Below are positions 18,988 to 29,034 of a stretch of DNA of 44,087 bases, in pieces (within the stretch, counting starts at the first letter, position 1; the number at the start of each line of letters is the position of its first letter). The DNA is from a virus (lineage: Duplodnaviria > Heunggongvirae > Uroviricota > Caudoviricetes). The DNA lies in IMG/VR virus record IMGVR_UViG_2541047944_000002, positions 1 to 44,087 of that record, one strand, 5' to 3'. The position numbers and the translations under genes are program-made. The notes under the pieces are model-generated. The model did not search any database and was not told the DNA's origin. It worked only from the letters and a program-made list of their open reading frames with translations.

Positions 18988-19215
18988 TTTCTGACGGATA
19001 GAAAAATGAAATAGCTAAATAAAAAGAATGCATTGGATGCCATATATTGGCAACGTGACGACAGCGTTAATCTGGCCGGGCTCCAATTGCGACGTAGTGA
19101 GGGAGAGGAAGCGTAAAGCATCACTGAGTTACGGTTAGCACCCGGTTTAACGCGTAAGTGGCCTGATAAAGAGATAGTGCGCCGCGGCACTCACAGCGGC
19201 AACGATTAACTGACC

Positions 19216-19237
19216 TCGGCATTTGCCGGGGTTTTTT
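19216..19237 (+). terminator. Weak intrinsic terminator upstream of the lysis cassette
   Basis: Short stem cggc-attt-gccg then gggttttttatt. Confidence 0.35.
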
Positions 19238-19361
19238 ATTTAAGGCCGCAGACAGGCCCAATTAGTGCAACGCCTTTCCCCGTTTCCGCTCCTGGAATAT
19301 TCGGGGATTTTTTATTCCCTCAATTTGCACCCGCGATATGTGCGAGGTGAGAGATGATGAA

Positions 19362-19697
19362 ATGCCTCATAACCCAAATACTTGGCCGGACTGGCTGGAG
19401 TTGTTTCAGAGCTGGTGGCGTGGAGACACTCCGCTGGGCGCAGTGATTATGTCGATCGTTATGGCTGGTTTGCGCATCGCCTATTTTGGCGGTGATGGGG
19501 GCTGGAAACGAAAAACGCTTGAGATTTTGCTCTGTGGTGCCCTGACGCTGACCTTTGCATCCGCGCTTGAGTATGTCGGATGGCCTAAATCACTTTCTGT
19601 TGCCATTGGTGGTGGGGTGGGGCTGATTGGTGTTGATGCTATTCGTGGTGCGGCAATGAGGGTCATCGGTAACAAGTTCGGTGCCCATAAGGAGTAA
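19362..19697 (+). CDS. Holin (lambda S-like); possible dual start with in-frame ATG at 19338
   Basis: Multiple hydrophobic segments; RBS before ATG 19362; directly upstream of endolysin. Confidence 0.65.
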   Translation: MPHNPNTWPDWLELFQSWWRGDTPLGAVIMSIVMAGLRIAYFGGDGGWKRKTLEILLCGALTLTFASALEYVGWPKSLSVAIGGGVGLIGVDAIRGAAMRVIGNKFGAHKE

Positions 19698-19700
19698 TTA

Positions 19701-20177
19701 ATGCAGACACTTAATTCCCAGCGTAAAGCTTTCCTTGATATGGTGGCATGGTCAGAAGGAACAGATAACGGACGGCAGAAAACCAGAAATCACGGTTATG
19801 ATGTTATTGTCGGTGGCGAACTGTTCACTGATTACTCCGATCACCCCCGCAAACTTGTCACGCTAAATCCGAAACTCAAATCAACAGCCGCCGGACGTTA
19901 CCAGCTTCTTTCACGCTGGTGGGATGTCTATCGCAAGCAACTTGGTCTGAAAGATTTTTCTCCAGAAAGCCAGGATGCTGTAGCGCTGCAGCAGATTAAA
20001 GAGCGTGGCGCTTTACCGATGATTGACCGCGGCGATATTCGTCAGGCAATCGACCGTTGCAGCAATATCTGGGCTTCGTTGCCGGGCGCTGGTTACGGTC
20101 AGTATGAACATAGAATCGGTGACCTGATTGCCCGATTTAAAGAAGCTGGTGGGGTGGTAAATGAAGCTGAGATATAA
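19701..20177 (+). CDS. R: Endolysin, lambda R-type lytic transglycosylase
   Basis: NSQRKAFLDMVAWSEGTDNGRQKTRNHGYDVIVGGELFTDYSDHPRKLVTLNPKLKST... matches recalled lambda R almost throughout. Confidence 0.9.
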   Translation: MQTLNSQRKAFLDMVAWSEGTDNGRQKTRNHGYDVIVGGELFTDYSDHPRKLVTLNPKLKSTAAGRYQLLSRWWDVYRKQLGLKDFSPESQDAVALQQIKERGALPMIDRGDIRQAIDRCSNIWASLPGAGYGQYEHRIGDLIARFKEAGGVVNEAEI

Positions 20178-20553
20178 GCTGGTTATTGTTGCCTTCTTTG
20201 TTACCGTCATCGGTTCTTTTATCTGGTCTGCCGGGCATTACTACAGCAAATATCAGCACGAAAAGGAGCGCGCTGATGAGGCTGTACGAAATGCTGAATC
20301 TGCAACAGCCATTACCAGTAACGTCCTGCAATCACTGCAAATCATCAATACAGTTATAGAGGCTAACCAGCATGCAAAACAGCAGAGCGCACTGGAGTCA
20401 CAGAGAACCCAGGAAGATATCAAAGTGGCTGTTGCGGATGATGATTGCGCTGTTCGTGTTGTTCCTTCTGGCGCAGTTAAGCGGTTGCACGAATACGCGA
20501 ACGGTATACGTGTCGGTGCCGGTCATTCCGTTACCAGCAAGTCTGACGGCTGA
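20161..20553 (+). CDS. i-spanin (Rz-like)
   Basis: N-terminal TM helix then coiled-coil-like region; overlaps endolysin end; contains an out-of-frame lipoprotein ORF. Confidence 0.65.
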   Translation: MKLRYKLVIVAFFVTVIGSFIWSAGHYYSKYQHEKERADEAVRNAESATAITSNVLQSLQIINTVIEANQHAKQQSALESQRTQEDIKVAVADDDCAVRVVPSGAVKRLHEYANGIRVGAGHSVTSKSDG

Positions 20554-20716
20554 AACACCCCAGCCAGATTTACCCGACCCGTTTACGTGGGGAGCCAGCC
20601 TTAACCTGAATGTTGCGTTGTTGTCAGCGTTAGCACAGTGCAACAGGGATAAGGCTGATATCAGGACTTTTGAGAAAAACAGGGCAGCACAAACCAATGG
20701 CACGATTAAACGTTGA
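20438..20716 (+). CDS. o-spanin (Rz1-like lipoprotein), overlapped architecture
   Basis: MMIALFVLFLLAQLSGC lipobox signal peptide, Pro-rich mature region; starts inside Rz in another frame. Confidence 0.5.
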   Translation: MMIALFVLFLLAQLSGCTNTRTVYVSVPVIPLPASLTAETPQPDLPDPFTWGASLNLNVALLSALAQCNRDKADIRTFEKNRAAQTNGTIKR

Positions 20717-20882
20717 AGTTATCCCACCAGACAGCGAAACGATGAACGAGATTTTTGCAGAGATTGAACGTAAATATGCGCATCAGCCGATGACGCCAAA
20801 AGTTATCGATGAAATGCAACGCGAAGCGGCGCGCCTTGTAAGGCGAGTGACAAACACGAAGGTTACGTTTGTTCGGGACTGA
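20697..20882 (+). CDS. Hypothetical small protein
   Basis: ORF between lysis and terminase genes; weak RBS. Confidence 0.3.
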   Translation: MARLNVEVIPPDSETMNEIFAEIERKYAHQPMTPKVIDEMQREAARLVRRVTNTKVTFVRD

Positions 20883-20939
20883 CATTATCGAAGCTCCTTT
20901 GATAAGGGGCTTCGATAATGTCACTAAGAGGAAAAATTC

Positions 20940-21689
20940 ATGGCAAAACCGGACTGGGAGGCCATCGAATCGGCATACCGGGCCGGAGTCCTTAGCCTCC
21001 GTGATATAGGCGAGAAATACGGCGTTACAGAAGGGGCTATCAGGAAGAGGGCCAAAAAGCTTGGTTGGGTACGCAGTGGCGGTACGCAGGTTTGCAAAAA
21101 TGGTACGCAAAAAAGAAAAGTGCGTACCAGCAGAAAGCCTGCCATTACTGGCCTTACACAAAAAGGTACGCAACCAAAAACAGAACCTACACTGGATACG
21201 AAACCGATACGCGGAATGCGTACCGATCCCCCGACTAACCCATTCCAACCCGGTAACCAGCAGGCATTAAAACACGGTGGTTATGCCCGTCGCCTTCTGC
21301 TCAAAGATGAGGTGATAGAGGACGCTAAAGCGTTGACGCTCGAGGACGAATTATTTCGCCTTCGTGCTAACAACCTTGTCGCTGCAGAGAATATTGGTCG
21401 GTGGCTGGTGTCGCTGGAAGATGCTAATGGGGACCAGGAAAGGAAGATGCTGATGGAAAATATCAGCGCCGCCGAGAAAGCAATGATGCGCAATACAGTT
21501 CGTATTGAGTCCATCGTTGGCACGCTTGCGACGGTAGGAAAAATATTTGCTGATACAGCCTACCGCAAGGCCGCCACTGATAAGGTGTCTCTGGAGGCTG
21601 ATCGTCTTCGCCGTGATGCAGGTATTGATGATGGCAATGGAGAGCGTGACCTCAATGACTTCTACTCTGACATCCAAACCGACGCTTAA
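20940..21689 (+). CDS. Terminase small subunit
   Basis: N-terminal HTH-like segment (LSLRDIGEKYGVTEGAIRKRAKKLGW); directly upstream of large terminase; internal GTQ repeats from a repeated DNA octamer. Confidence 0.65.
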   Translation: MAKPDWEAIESAYRAGVLSLRDIGEKYGVTEGAIRKRAKKLGWVRSGGTQVCKNGTQKRKVRTSRKPAITGLTQKGTQPKTEPTLDTKPIRGMRTDPPTNPFQPGNQQALKHGGYARRLLLKDEVIEDAKALTLEDELFRLRANNLVAAENIGRWLVSLEDANGDQERKMLMENISAAEKAMMRNTVRIESIVGTLATVGKIFADTAYRKAATDKVSLEADRLRRDAGIDDGNGERDLNDFYSDIQTDA

Positions 21690-23058
21690 TCCGGCTTTAC
21701 GTAGTTTCTGGACTACGCGGGCACGTAACAAAGTGCTTTATGGTGGCCGGTCATCGTCAAAATCATGGGATGCCGCTGGCATTGCCATATTTCTGTCGAA
21801 TAAATACACCCTGCGTTTTTGTTGTGCCCGTCAGATCCAGAATAAAATCGAAGAGTCGGTTTATACCCTGCTCAAAATTCAGATAGACAGGTTTGGCCTG
21901 CGGCACCGTTTCCGGATTCTGAACAACAAAATCATTAACCGGGTTACTGGCTCGGAATTTGTTTTTTATGGATTATGGCGCAACATCGAAGAAATTAAAT
22001 CACTGGAGGGGATCGATGTGTTGTGGCTGGAAGAAGCCCACGCACTGACGGAATACCAGTGGAAAATTCTGGAGCCAACGATCCGTAAAGAGGGTTCGGA
22101 ATGCTGGTTCATATTCAACCCCGGACTTGTTACTGATTTCGTCTGGCGCAACTTCGTTGTTGATCCGCCCGAAGGCACTCTCATCCGCAAAATTAACTAT
22201 GACGAAAATCCGTTTCTGTCTGACACCATGCTTAAGGTTATCGACGCGGCGCGACGCCGTGATCCGGATGGTTTTAAACATGTGTATGAGGGCGTTCCGG
22301 AGTCTGATGATGATGCGGCAATCATCAAACTGTCCTGGATAGAAGCCGCAGTGGATGCGCACAAAACGTTAAATTTCGAACCCAGTGGAAGAAAGCGTAT
22401 TGGCTTTGACGTGGCTGACAGTGGTACAGATAAGTGCGCTAACGTTTACCGTCACGGATCCGTTGTTTTCTGGGCCGACGAATGGAAGGCCAAAGAAGAT
22501 GAATTACTGAAGAGCTGCCAGCGTACTTATCAGGCGGCGCTGGAGCGTGAAGCAGATATTGTTTACGACTCTATCGGTGTTGGTGCGTCTGCCGGTGCTA
22601 AATTCTCTGAAATTAACGCTGACCGGAAGAGCGAGAATGCATACGCGCGACGTGTGAATTACCAGAGGTTTAACGCTGGTGCTGGTGTGCATGAACCAGA
22701 TGACGAATACAACGGCATCCCCAACAAAGACTTTTTCGCAAATCTTAAGGCTCAGGCATGGTGGCTGGTGGCTGACCGTTTCAGAAATACGTTTAACGCC
22801 ATTAACAACGGAGAACAGTATCCTGTGGATGAGCTGATCAGCATAGATTCTCGTTGTCCGTTGCTTGAAAAGCTGAAACTGGAACTGACAACACCTCATC
22901 GCGATTTTGACCGTAACGGACGTGTGATGGTCGAAAGTAAAAAAGACCTCGCAAAACGCGAGATACCGTCACCAAACGTTGCTGACGCATTCATTATGGC
23001 CTTCGCGCCAATTGATACATCGCTGGATATCTGGGAACAGCTGGGGAGACAGGCCTGA
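21637..23058 (+). CDS. Terminase large subunit (start at 21637 or 21655)
   Basis: ATPase then nuclease architecture typical of TerL; position between TerS and portal. Confidence 0.8.
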   Translation: MESVTSMTSTLTSKPTLNPALRSFWTTRARNKVLYGGRSSSKSWDAAGIAIFLSNKYTLRFCCARQIQNKIEESVYTLLKIQIDRFGLRHRFRILNNKIINRVTGSEFVFYGLWRNIEEIKSLEGIDVLWLEEAHALTEYQWKILEPTIRKEGSECWFIFNPGLVTDFVWRNFVVDPPEGTLIRKINYDENPFLSDTMLKVIDAARRRDPDGFKHVYEGVPESDDDAAIIKLSWIEAAVDAHKTLNFEPSGRKRIGFDVADSGTDKCANVYRHGSVVFWADEWKAKEDELLKSCQRTYQAALEREADIVYDSIGVGASAGAKFSEINADRKSENAYARRVNYQRFNAGAGVHEPDDEYNGIPNKDFFANLKAQAWWLVADRFRNTFNAINNGEQYPVDELISIDSRCPLLEKLKLELTTPHRDFDRNGRVMVESKKDLAKREIPSPNVADAFIMAFAPIDTSLDIWEQLGRQA

Positions 23059-24524
23059 TGGCACGAAACAAACAAGCCCTGCGGCGAACTGCGCAGGCCA
23101 CAGCTGATGGTTATGAGAATTTTATTGCCCGCGTAGGGATGCAGACACCTAACCAGCACTCAGCATCCACCTACCGGGCTAATTTCACCAGTCGTAACCG
23201 CATGCTGGTGGAATGGTCCTATCGTTCATCCTGGATCATCGGCGAAGCGGTCGATGCTATCCCGGATGATATGACCCGCAAAGGCATTCGCATCACTTCG
23301 GAAATTGATGCAAAAGATCGTGGCATTCTCGAATCACAACTGGATGAGTTGCAAATCTGGGATGCGCTGAATGACGTGCTGAAATGGTCGCGCCTCTACG
23401 GCGGCGCGGTGGGTTTCATCATGATTGAGGGGCAGGCACCAATGACCCCGCTGCGACCCGAAACCATCGGTAAGGGCAAGTTTAAGGGGATTCTCCCGCT
23501 CGACCGCTGGATGATTGACCCGGTACTGACCCGCCGCATTAAAGATATGGGGCCGGACCTGGGTAAACCTGAGTTTTACGATGTGGTGACCACCGCAACG
23601 GGAATTCCTGCCTGGCGCATTCATCACAGTCGACTGATTCGCTTTGATGGCGTCACGCTGCCATTTCAGCAGAAGATGACCGAGAACGAATGGGGAATGT
23701 CGGTTGTGGAGCGTATCTGGGATCGTCTTACCGCGTTCGACAGCGCTACTGTCGGCGCGGCGCAGCTGGTCTACAAAGCGCATCTGCGCACCTACAGCGT
23801 GGAGAAGCTACGCGAGCTTATCGCACTTGGTGGTCCTGCGTATGAAGCGTTGCTGAAGAATATTGACCTGATTCGACAGTTCCAGAGCAATGAAGGCATG
23901 ACGCTCATGGACTCGCGGGATAAGTTTGAAACCCATCAGTACAGCTTCAGTGGTCTGGATGACATCCTTTCACAGTTTGCAGAACAGATTAGTGGCGCTG
24001 TTGGTATCCCACTGGTGCGGTTGTTCGGACAGTCCCCGAAGGGATTTTCTACCGGCGATGCAGACCTTGCCAACTATTACGACCGGGTAAGCTCGTTGCA
24101 GGAGAGGCGTTTACGTCTTCCGGTGCGGCGGATACTGGACATCATGCATCGTTCGGAACTTGGCAAGCCGCTCCCGGATGATTTCACGTTTGAGTTTAAC
24201 CCGCTCTGGCAAATGTCTGATGTCGATCGTTCAACGGTGGCGTTAAATACCACCAACGCAATCAGTACAGCGCTGGGTGATGGTCTGATGACACTGAAAG
24301 CCGCTATGACTGATTTGCGCGAAAATTCTGACGTAACCGGCATCGGGGCATCCATTACCGACGAGGACATAGAGAATGCCGAAGACGAAGCGCCGCCCGG
24401 CATCGGCGAACCTGATGACGAACCGCAGGAACCGTCAGGCGGAAATCCGGTATCGAACCAGTCTACGCAGGATAGCGCGGGCGGTCGGGGACATCGTAAA
24501 TGGTCGCTACGATGGTTCAAGTGA
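23058..24524 (+). CDS. Portal protein
   Basis: 488-aa ORF immediately after TerL, before head morphogenesis gene. Confidence 0.75.
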   Translation: MARNKQALRRTAQATADGYENFIARVGMQTPNQHSASTYRANFTSRNRMLVEWSYRSSWIIGEAVDAIPDDMTRKGIRITSEIDAKDRGILESQLDELQIWDALNDVLKWSRLYGGAVGFIMIEGQAPMTPLRPETIGKGKFKGILPLDRWMIDPVLTRRIKDMGPDLGKPEFYDVVTTATGIPAWRIHHSRLIRFDGVTLPFQQKMTENEWGMSVVERIWDRLTAFDSATVGAAQLVYKAHLRTYSVEKLRELIALGGPAYEALLKNIDLIRQFQSNEGMTLMDSRDKFETHQYSFSGLDDILSQFAEQISGAVGIPLVRLFGQSPKGFSTGDADLANYYDRVSSLQERRLRLPVRRILDIMHRSELGKPLPDDFTFEFNPLWQMSDVDRSTVALNTTNAISTALGDGLMTLKAAMTDLRENSDVTGIGASITDEDIENAEDEAPPGIGEPDDEPQEPSGGNPVSNQSTQDSAGGRGHRKWSLRWFK

Positions 24525-25149
24525 CAGTATCACGGAAATTATTGCGGCGCTGGAGCGCTACAGTGAAATCATAACCCCCTGGGCGACAAAGGTCGCGGAA
24601 AACTTTACTGCGGATCTAACCCGGCAGAACGAGAAAGTTTGGCGGCAACACAGCAAGAACATCAGTCGCGAGCTCCGCAATCTTGTGGAAAGCGCTCCTG
24701 TGGGCCAGGTGATGCAATCCATCATCGCCGAACAGGTCAAGTACATCAAATCGCTCCCCCTCGAGGCGGCTGACAGGGTGTACGACATCCAGAATCGGGC
24801 GACAGAAGCTGTTGTGACCGGCGGGAGAGCAGAACATTTTGCCAAAGAAATAGCCGCATCGGGTGATATAGCAAAGTCCAGAGCTGACCTGATTGCCCGT
24901 ACTGAACTTGGACGTGCAACCGGCGCGCTGGATCAGGCGCGTGCGCTGTCAATTGGTTCGAATGGTTATATCTGGCGTACAGCCGAAGATGGTGACGTCA
25001 GGCATTCTCATCGGGAAATGGAAGGTAAATTTGTCGAATGGGGCAAACCTCCAACGCTTGATGGCATGACCGGTCACGCTGGCGAGCTCCCGAATTGTCG
25101 CTGTTATAAAGAAATCGTTTTTCCCACTTCCCAATCTTATCCCGCCTGA
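24415..25149 (+). CDS. Head morphogenesis protein (Mu gpF / SPP1 gp7 family); start uncertain
   Basis: C-terminal region resembles this family; overlaps portal 3' end in another frame. Confidence 0.55.
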   Translation: MTNRRNRQAEIRYRTSLRRIARAVGDIVNGRYDGSSDSITEIIAALERYSEIITPWATKVAENFTADLTRQNEKVWRQHSKNISRELRNLVESAPVGQVMQSIIAEQVKYIKSLPLEAADRVYDIQNRATEAVVTGGRAEHFAKEIAASGDIAKSRADLIARTELGRATGALDQARALSIGSNGYIWRTAEDGDVRHSHREMEGKFVEWGKPPTLDGMTGHAGELPNCRCYKEIVFPTSQSYPA

Positions 25150-25163
25150 ATCGCAGGTAACCC

Positions 25164-26384
25164 ATGAAATATTTTTTCAATACCCGGCTGGGAGAAACCC
25201 GCTACCAGCTGGCTGACGGCTCGTTGCTGTGCAAAGACGTGCCGATAGGACGAACAGGTAAGCAGCTCTATGGTGCTGATGACCTGCCAAAACTGAAACC
25301 CGATAAGTTCGGTGAAATAGTCGTCACGCGTTCTCCTGAGCAGGTATTCCATCCGGCCACGCTTGCCTCATTCGAAGGGATGAGCATCACGATTCTGCAT
25401 CCTGAAGATGAAAACGGGAATGTGCGGCTGGTAAATCCCGAGAACTGGAAAGAGCTTGCTGTCGGGCACCTCCAGAATGTCCGGCGCGGGACGGGTGAGC
25501 AGTCTGATTTGATGCTGGTTGACCTTATCGTCAAAGACGAAAGCGCCATTCAGCTTATCGAAGATGGCCTGCGCGAAGTGTCGTGCGGCTATGACGCGGA
25601 GTATGAGCAGACCGAGCCAGGTAAAGCCGAGCAGGTCGATATTACCGGAAACCATGTGGCTCTTGTCCCTAAAGGCAGAGCCGGAAATCGTTGTGCAATT
25701 GGAGACAGAGACACAATGGCAAATCAAAAGAAAAGCTGGTGGACCCGCATGCGCACGGCCATCAAAACGGGTGACGCTGACACCATGAACGAACTGGTGG
25801 AGTCGGCTCCCGCATCGGTTACAGGAGATGAGGGGGATTTGCCGCAGGGCGTTAATCTCAACATCAACCTGTCCCCGCAGCAACCACTACCGGACAAAGC
25901 ACCAGAGATGGGTGGAGGTCCAACCGGCGACAGTGATGATGACCTCAAAACATTACTGAAAGCCCTGCTGGCTAAGCGGGAAGGAAATGCGACGGGCGAT
26001 AACGACAATAAGCCTGACGATAATCCGACCGGTGACGGCGAGGACGATGAAGAGGAAACCACGATTACTGGTGACTCAGCTTGGCGTGCCGAAGTTATCG
26101 TTCCGGGTATCGATCTCAGCCGTAAGATGAAACCGACCGCGTTCAAACGTGAGGTTCTGGCTTCTGCTGACAAAACGCTGGTTCGCCAGATCGTCGGTGA
26201 TGCGGATATCCGCAAATTGCCGAAACAATCGGTCGACATGGCGTTTAATGCCGTGTCTGAGATTGCCAAAGGGCGAAACACCCGCACCACCACCGGCGAT
26301 GCACAGCGCCTAAACATGGGCATGACCAGTATCGCTTCCCTGAACAAACAAAACGCTGAATTCTGGGCAAACCGTAAAGGGTAA
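25164..26384 (+). CDS. Putative prohead protease/scaffold protein
   Basis: Position between morphogenesis and capsid genes; acidic low-complexity middle region. Confidence 0.45.
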   Translation: MKYFFNTRLGETRYQLADGSLLCKDVPIGRTGKQLYGADDLPKLKPDKFGEIVVTRSPEQVFHPATLASFEGMSITILHPEDENGNVRLVNPENWKELAVGHLQNVRRGTGEQSDLMLVDLIVKDESAIQLIEDGLREVSCGYDAEYEQTEPGKAEQVDITGNHVALVPKGRAGNRCAIGDRDTMANQKKSWWTRMRTAIKTGDADTMNELVESAPASVTGDEGDLPQGVNLNINLSPQQPLPDKAPEMGGGPTGDSDDDLKTLLKALLAKREGNATGDNDNKPDDNPTGDGEDDEEETTITGDSAWRAEVIVPGIDLSRKMKPTAFKREVLASADKTLVRQIVGDADIRKLPKQSVDMAFNAVSEIAKGRNTRTTTGDAQRLNMGMTSIASLNKQNAEFWANRKG

Positions 26385-26387
26385 AAA

Positions 26388-26894
26388 ATGAATAATGTAT
26401 TTCTGTACCGGATGCCTGTTGGCATTGCCGGGGCTGTCTCTCGCCCGCAGGACTTAACCGTCGAACCGGTGGTCCTTAAATCCGATAACGCCTTCGCTGC
26501 CTATGGCCTGGCTGGTAAATACGATGATGACGGTTTTTTCGTGCCGCTGGCAGATGGTGATACCGCAGACAAGGTGAAGGGGATCTACGTGCGCCCTTAT
26601 CCGACCACGTCGCAGCCGGACATGGTTCGCCAGGTGGGAACAGGCAAGAACTTCCCGGGCGACGCCATGAAGCGTGGCTACGTGACTGTTAATCTCGGTT
26701 CTGATTTTGATGCCAGCACCATCAAAAAAGGCGACCCGGTATACGTTGTCGTCTCCACTGATGAATCCATCAAAGTGCCGCTGGGTGGATTCATGTCCAC
26801 GTCAGTCATTGGCAAAAATGTGGTGCTGACCAACGCTGAATTCACAGGTGCCGGTGATGCTGACGGCAATGCAGAAATTTCCTGGAAGATTTAA
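26388..26894 (+). CDS. Head structural protein (possible decoration or scaffold)
   Basis: Position immediately upstream of major capsid gene. Confidence 0.35.
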   Translation: MNNVFLYRMPVGIAGAVSRPQDLTVEPVVLKSDNAFAAYGLAGKYDDDGFFVPLADGDTADKVKGIYVRPYPTTSQPDMVRQVGTGKNFPGDAMKRGYVTVNLGSDFDASTIKKGDPVYVVVSTDESIKVPLGGFMSTSVIGKNVVLTNAEFTGAGDADGNAEISWKI

Positions 26895-26905
26895 GGAACA
26901 GACGA

Positions 26906-27847
26906 ATGATTACTTTTGATCAGGCAACCGTTGACAGCTCTGGTGCCTTTCTCATCGGGGAGCTGGAGCGACTCGACCAGACGCTGAACCTGCCACTGGT
27001 GGGGTACACCTGGACCCGCGATATTCAGTTGCGTGAAGATGTCTCTATCGCAGATGACATTTCCAGCTGGACGAATACCAGCTTCGCCGCTGCGGGTACT
27101 GGTGCAAATCCGAATGGCAAAAACTGGGTAGGCAAAGACTCAACCGCTATTGCTGGCGTGAACGTGGATATCGGCAAATCCGGTAACCCGCTGAACCTGT
27201 GGGGGATGGAACTTGGCTGGACGGTCATAGAATTGCAGGCTGCTCAGCAGGTCGGCCGCCCGATTGATACGCAGAAGTATGACGGTATGCAACTGAAATG
27301 GCAGATGGATAACGATGAACAGGTATATGTTGGCGATTCCGCATTAAACCTGAAAGGCCTTGTTACCCTGGACGGCGTGCCTGTCAACAACGCTGCCAAA
27401 ACGTGGGCAACCTCAACACCGGACGAAATCCGCGCAAGCATTAACCAGGTGCTGTCTGATGCGTGGGCCGCTTCCGGTTACTCTGTGGTTCCGCGTGATT
27501 TGCTGATCCCGCCTGAGCAGTTTGCTCTGTTGTCCAGCATCATCGTTTCATCTGCGGGTAACCAGTCCCTGTTGACGTACCTTCAGACCAACACCATCAG
27601 CTATCACCAGAACGGTGTTCCGCTGAATATCCGCGCGGTTAAATGGCTGAAAGGCCGTGGTGTGGGGAATAAGGATCGCATGGTTGCGTACACCAACGAT
27701 AAAAAATACGTCCGCTACCCGCTGGTTCCGCTTCAGAGCGTGCCGGTGCAGTATCGCGGTCTGTATCAGATCGTCACTTACTACGGCAAGCTGGGTGCAG
27801 TCGAGCCAGTGTACAAAGAAACCATTTCGTACGTTGATGGCATTTAA
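26906..27847 (+). CDS. Major capsid protein
   Basis: 313-aa ORF with strong RBS in canonical head-module position. Confidence 0.65.
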   Translation: MITFDQATVDSSGAFLIGELERLDQTLNLPLVGYTWTRDIQLREDVSIADDISSWTNTSFAAAGTGANPNGKNWVGKDSTAIAGVNVDIGKSGNPLNLWGMELGWTVIELQAAQQVGRPIDTQKYDGMQLKWQMDNDEQVYVGDSALNLKGLVTLDGVPVNNAAKTWATSTPDEIRASINQVLSDAWAASGYSVVPRDLLIPPEQFALLSSIIVSSAGNQSLLTYLQTNTISYHQNGVPLNIRAVKWLKGRGVGNKDRMVAYTNDKKYVRYPLVPLQSVPVQYRGLYQIVTYYGKLGAVEPVYKETISYVDGI

Positions 27848-27888
27848 CAGCCATATGGCCCCCTGGCGGGGCCATTAAGGATGACCTG

Positions 27889-28110
27889 ATGGCAAAAAAT
27901 AATGCAGTAATACACGTACATACCCCGTTTGTGCTCACGCTTCCCGACGGTTCGCGGCGCGAGTTTGTTAAAGGCCGTCATGCTGTGGAGGAAGACGTTG
28001 CCACGCACTGGTTCACTCGTGCGCACGCGGAAGTATCCGTTGGCAAAGCCACAGACGCGCGTAACGAGGTAAAAAATGCCAAAGAATCAAAGTCTGCCAG
28101 CGGTAAGTGA
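27889..28110 (+). CDS. Hypothetical small protein
   Basis: Short ORF between capsid and connector genes. Confidence 0.3.
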   Translation: MAKNNAVIHVHTPFVLTLPDGSRREFVKGRHAVEEDVATHWFTRAHAEVSVGKATDARNEVKNAKESKSASGK

Positions 28111-28483
28111 TTTTCGCCGCGACTTCCCGCAGTTTGCTGACCTTGCCAAATATCCCGAAGCGCAAATCCAGTTTCGTCTGAATCTGGCCGATGAACTGCT
28201 GAGCGAAAACGTCACCGGCAAAAAGTTGTTTCCGTACTTTGCCGGATTGTTCGTTGCGCACTACATGACGCTCTGGGCGGCAGACAGCAGAGCGATGCTG
28301 GCTGGTGGTCCGGGCGGTTCAACCAATGGTGTTCAGTCCTCAAAGTCCGTTGACAAGGTAAGCGTCAGCTATGACACCAGCGCGACGCTGAATCCTGATG
28401 CAGGTTTCTGGAATAACACCCGATATGGCGCTGAATTTTATCAGTTGATCACGATGTTCGGTGCAGGCGGTCGCCAGCTATGA
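28076..28483 (+). CDS. Head-tail connector/adaptor protein
   Basis: Gene order; GAGG RBS. Confidence 0.45.
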   Translation: MPKNQSLPAVSDFRRDFPQFADLAKYPEAQIQFRLNLADELLSENVTGKKLFPYFAGLFVAHYMTLWAADSRAMLAGGPGGSTNGVQSSKSVDKVSVSYDTSATLNPDAGFWNNTRYGAEFYQLITMFGAGGRQL

Positions 28484-29034
28484 GTTTCAAAAGCGGTGTA
28501 ACAACGAGGGTGGATAACGCTAAGGCCATTCTGGATGCGCTCAGGTCGTTAACCAAAAAAGATGTGCTGGTCGGCATCCCTTCGGAAGACAGCGGGCGGG
28601 ATGATGTTTCGTTTGGTAATGCGGGCATTGGTTACCTCAACGAATACGGCTCACCAGAGCAGAACATCCCGCCACGACCTCACCTGGTCCCCGGCGTTAA
28701 ATCGGCAGAAGAGCAGACGGTGCCGCAGCTCAAAGCCGCGGCGCAGGCTGCTCTTGATGGTAATGCTGCGGGAGCAGAAAGCGCACTCAACCGTGCCGGA
28801 ACACTGGCCGCTAATGGCGTCAGGCGTTACATGACCATTACCGGCTTTACGCCGCTTGCTGACAGTACTGTTGAAGCCCGGGCTCGTCGGGGGCGCAAGG
28901 GGGCAACACTGGAACTTGCCCGGCGTGCTGCTGGCGAATCCCCGGGAACCGAACTGGCGAAACCATTAATTGACACCGGGCAATATCGCAGAGCGATTAC
29001 CCATGTTGTGAGGGATAAAAATGCCGACTCTTGA
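28480..29034 (+). CDS. Head-tail joining protein
   Basis: Gene order, translational coupling. Confidence 0.45.
   Translation: MSFKSGVTTRVDNAKAILDALRSLTKKDVLVGIPSEDSGRDDVSFGNAGIGYLNEYGSPEQNIPPRPHLVPGVKSAEEQTVPQLKAAAQAALDGNAAGAESALNRAGTLAANGVRRYMTITGFTPLADSTVEARARRGRKGATLELARRAAGESPGTELAKPLIDTGQYRRAITHVVRDKNADS

Noticed and set aside
18867-19361. Possible tRNA genes downstream of Q, as in some lambdoid prophages
   Set aside because: No cloverleaf-compatible sequence or T-loop-like GGTTCGAATCC motif found by eye here or elsewhere in the window.
24376-24414. Longer start for the head morphogenesis ORF
   Set aside because: Would overlap the portal gene by about 150 nt; a later start is more plausible but the true start remains uncertain.
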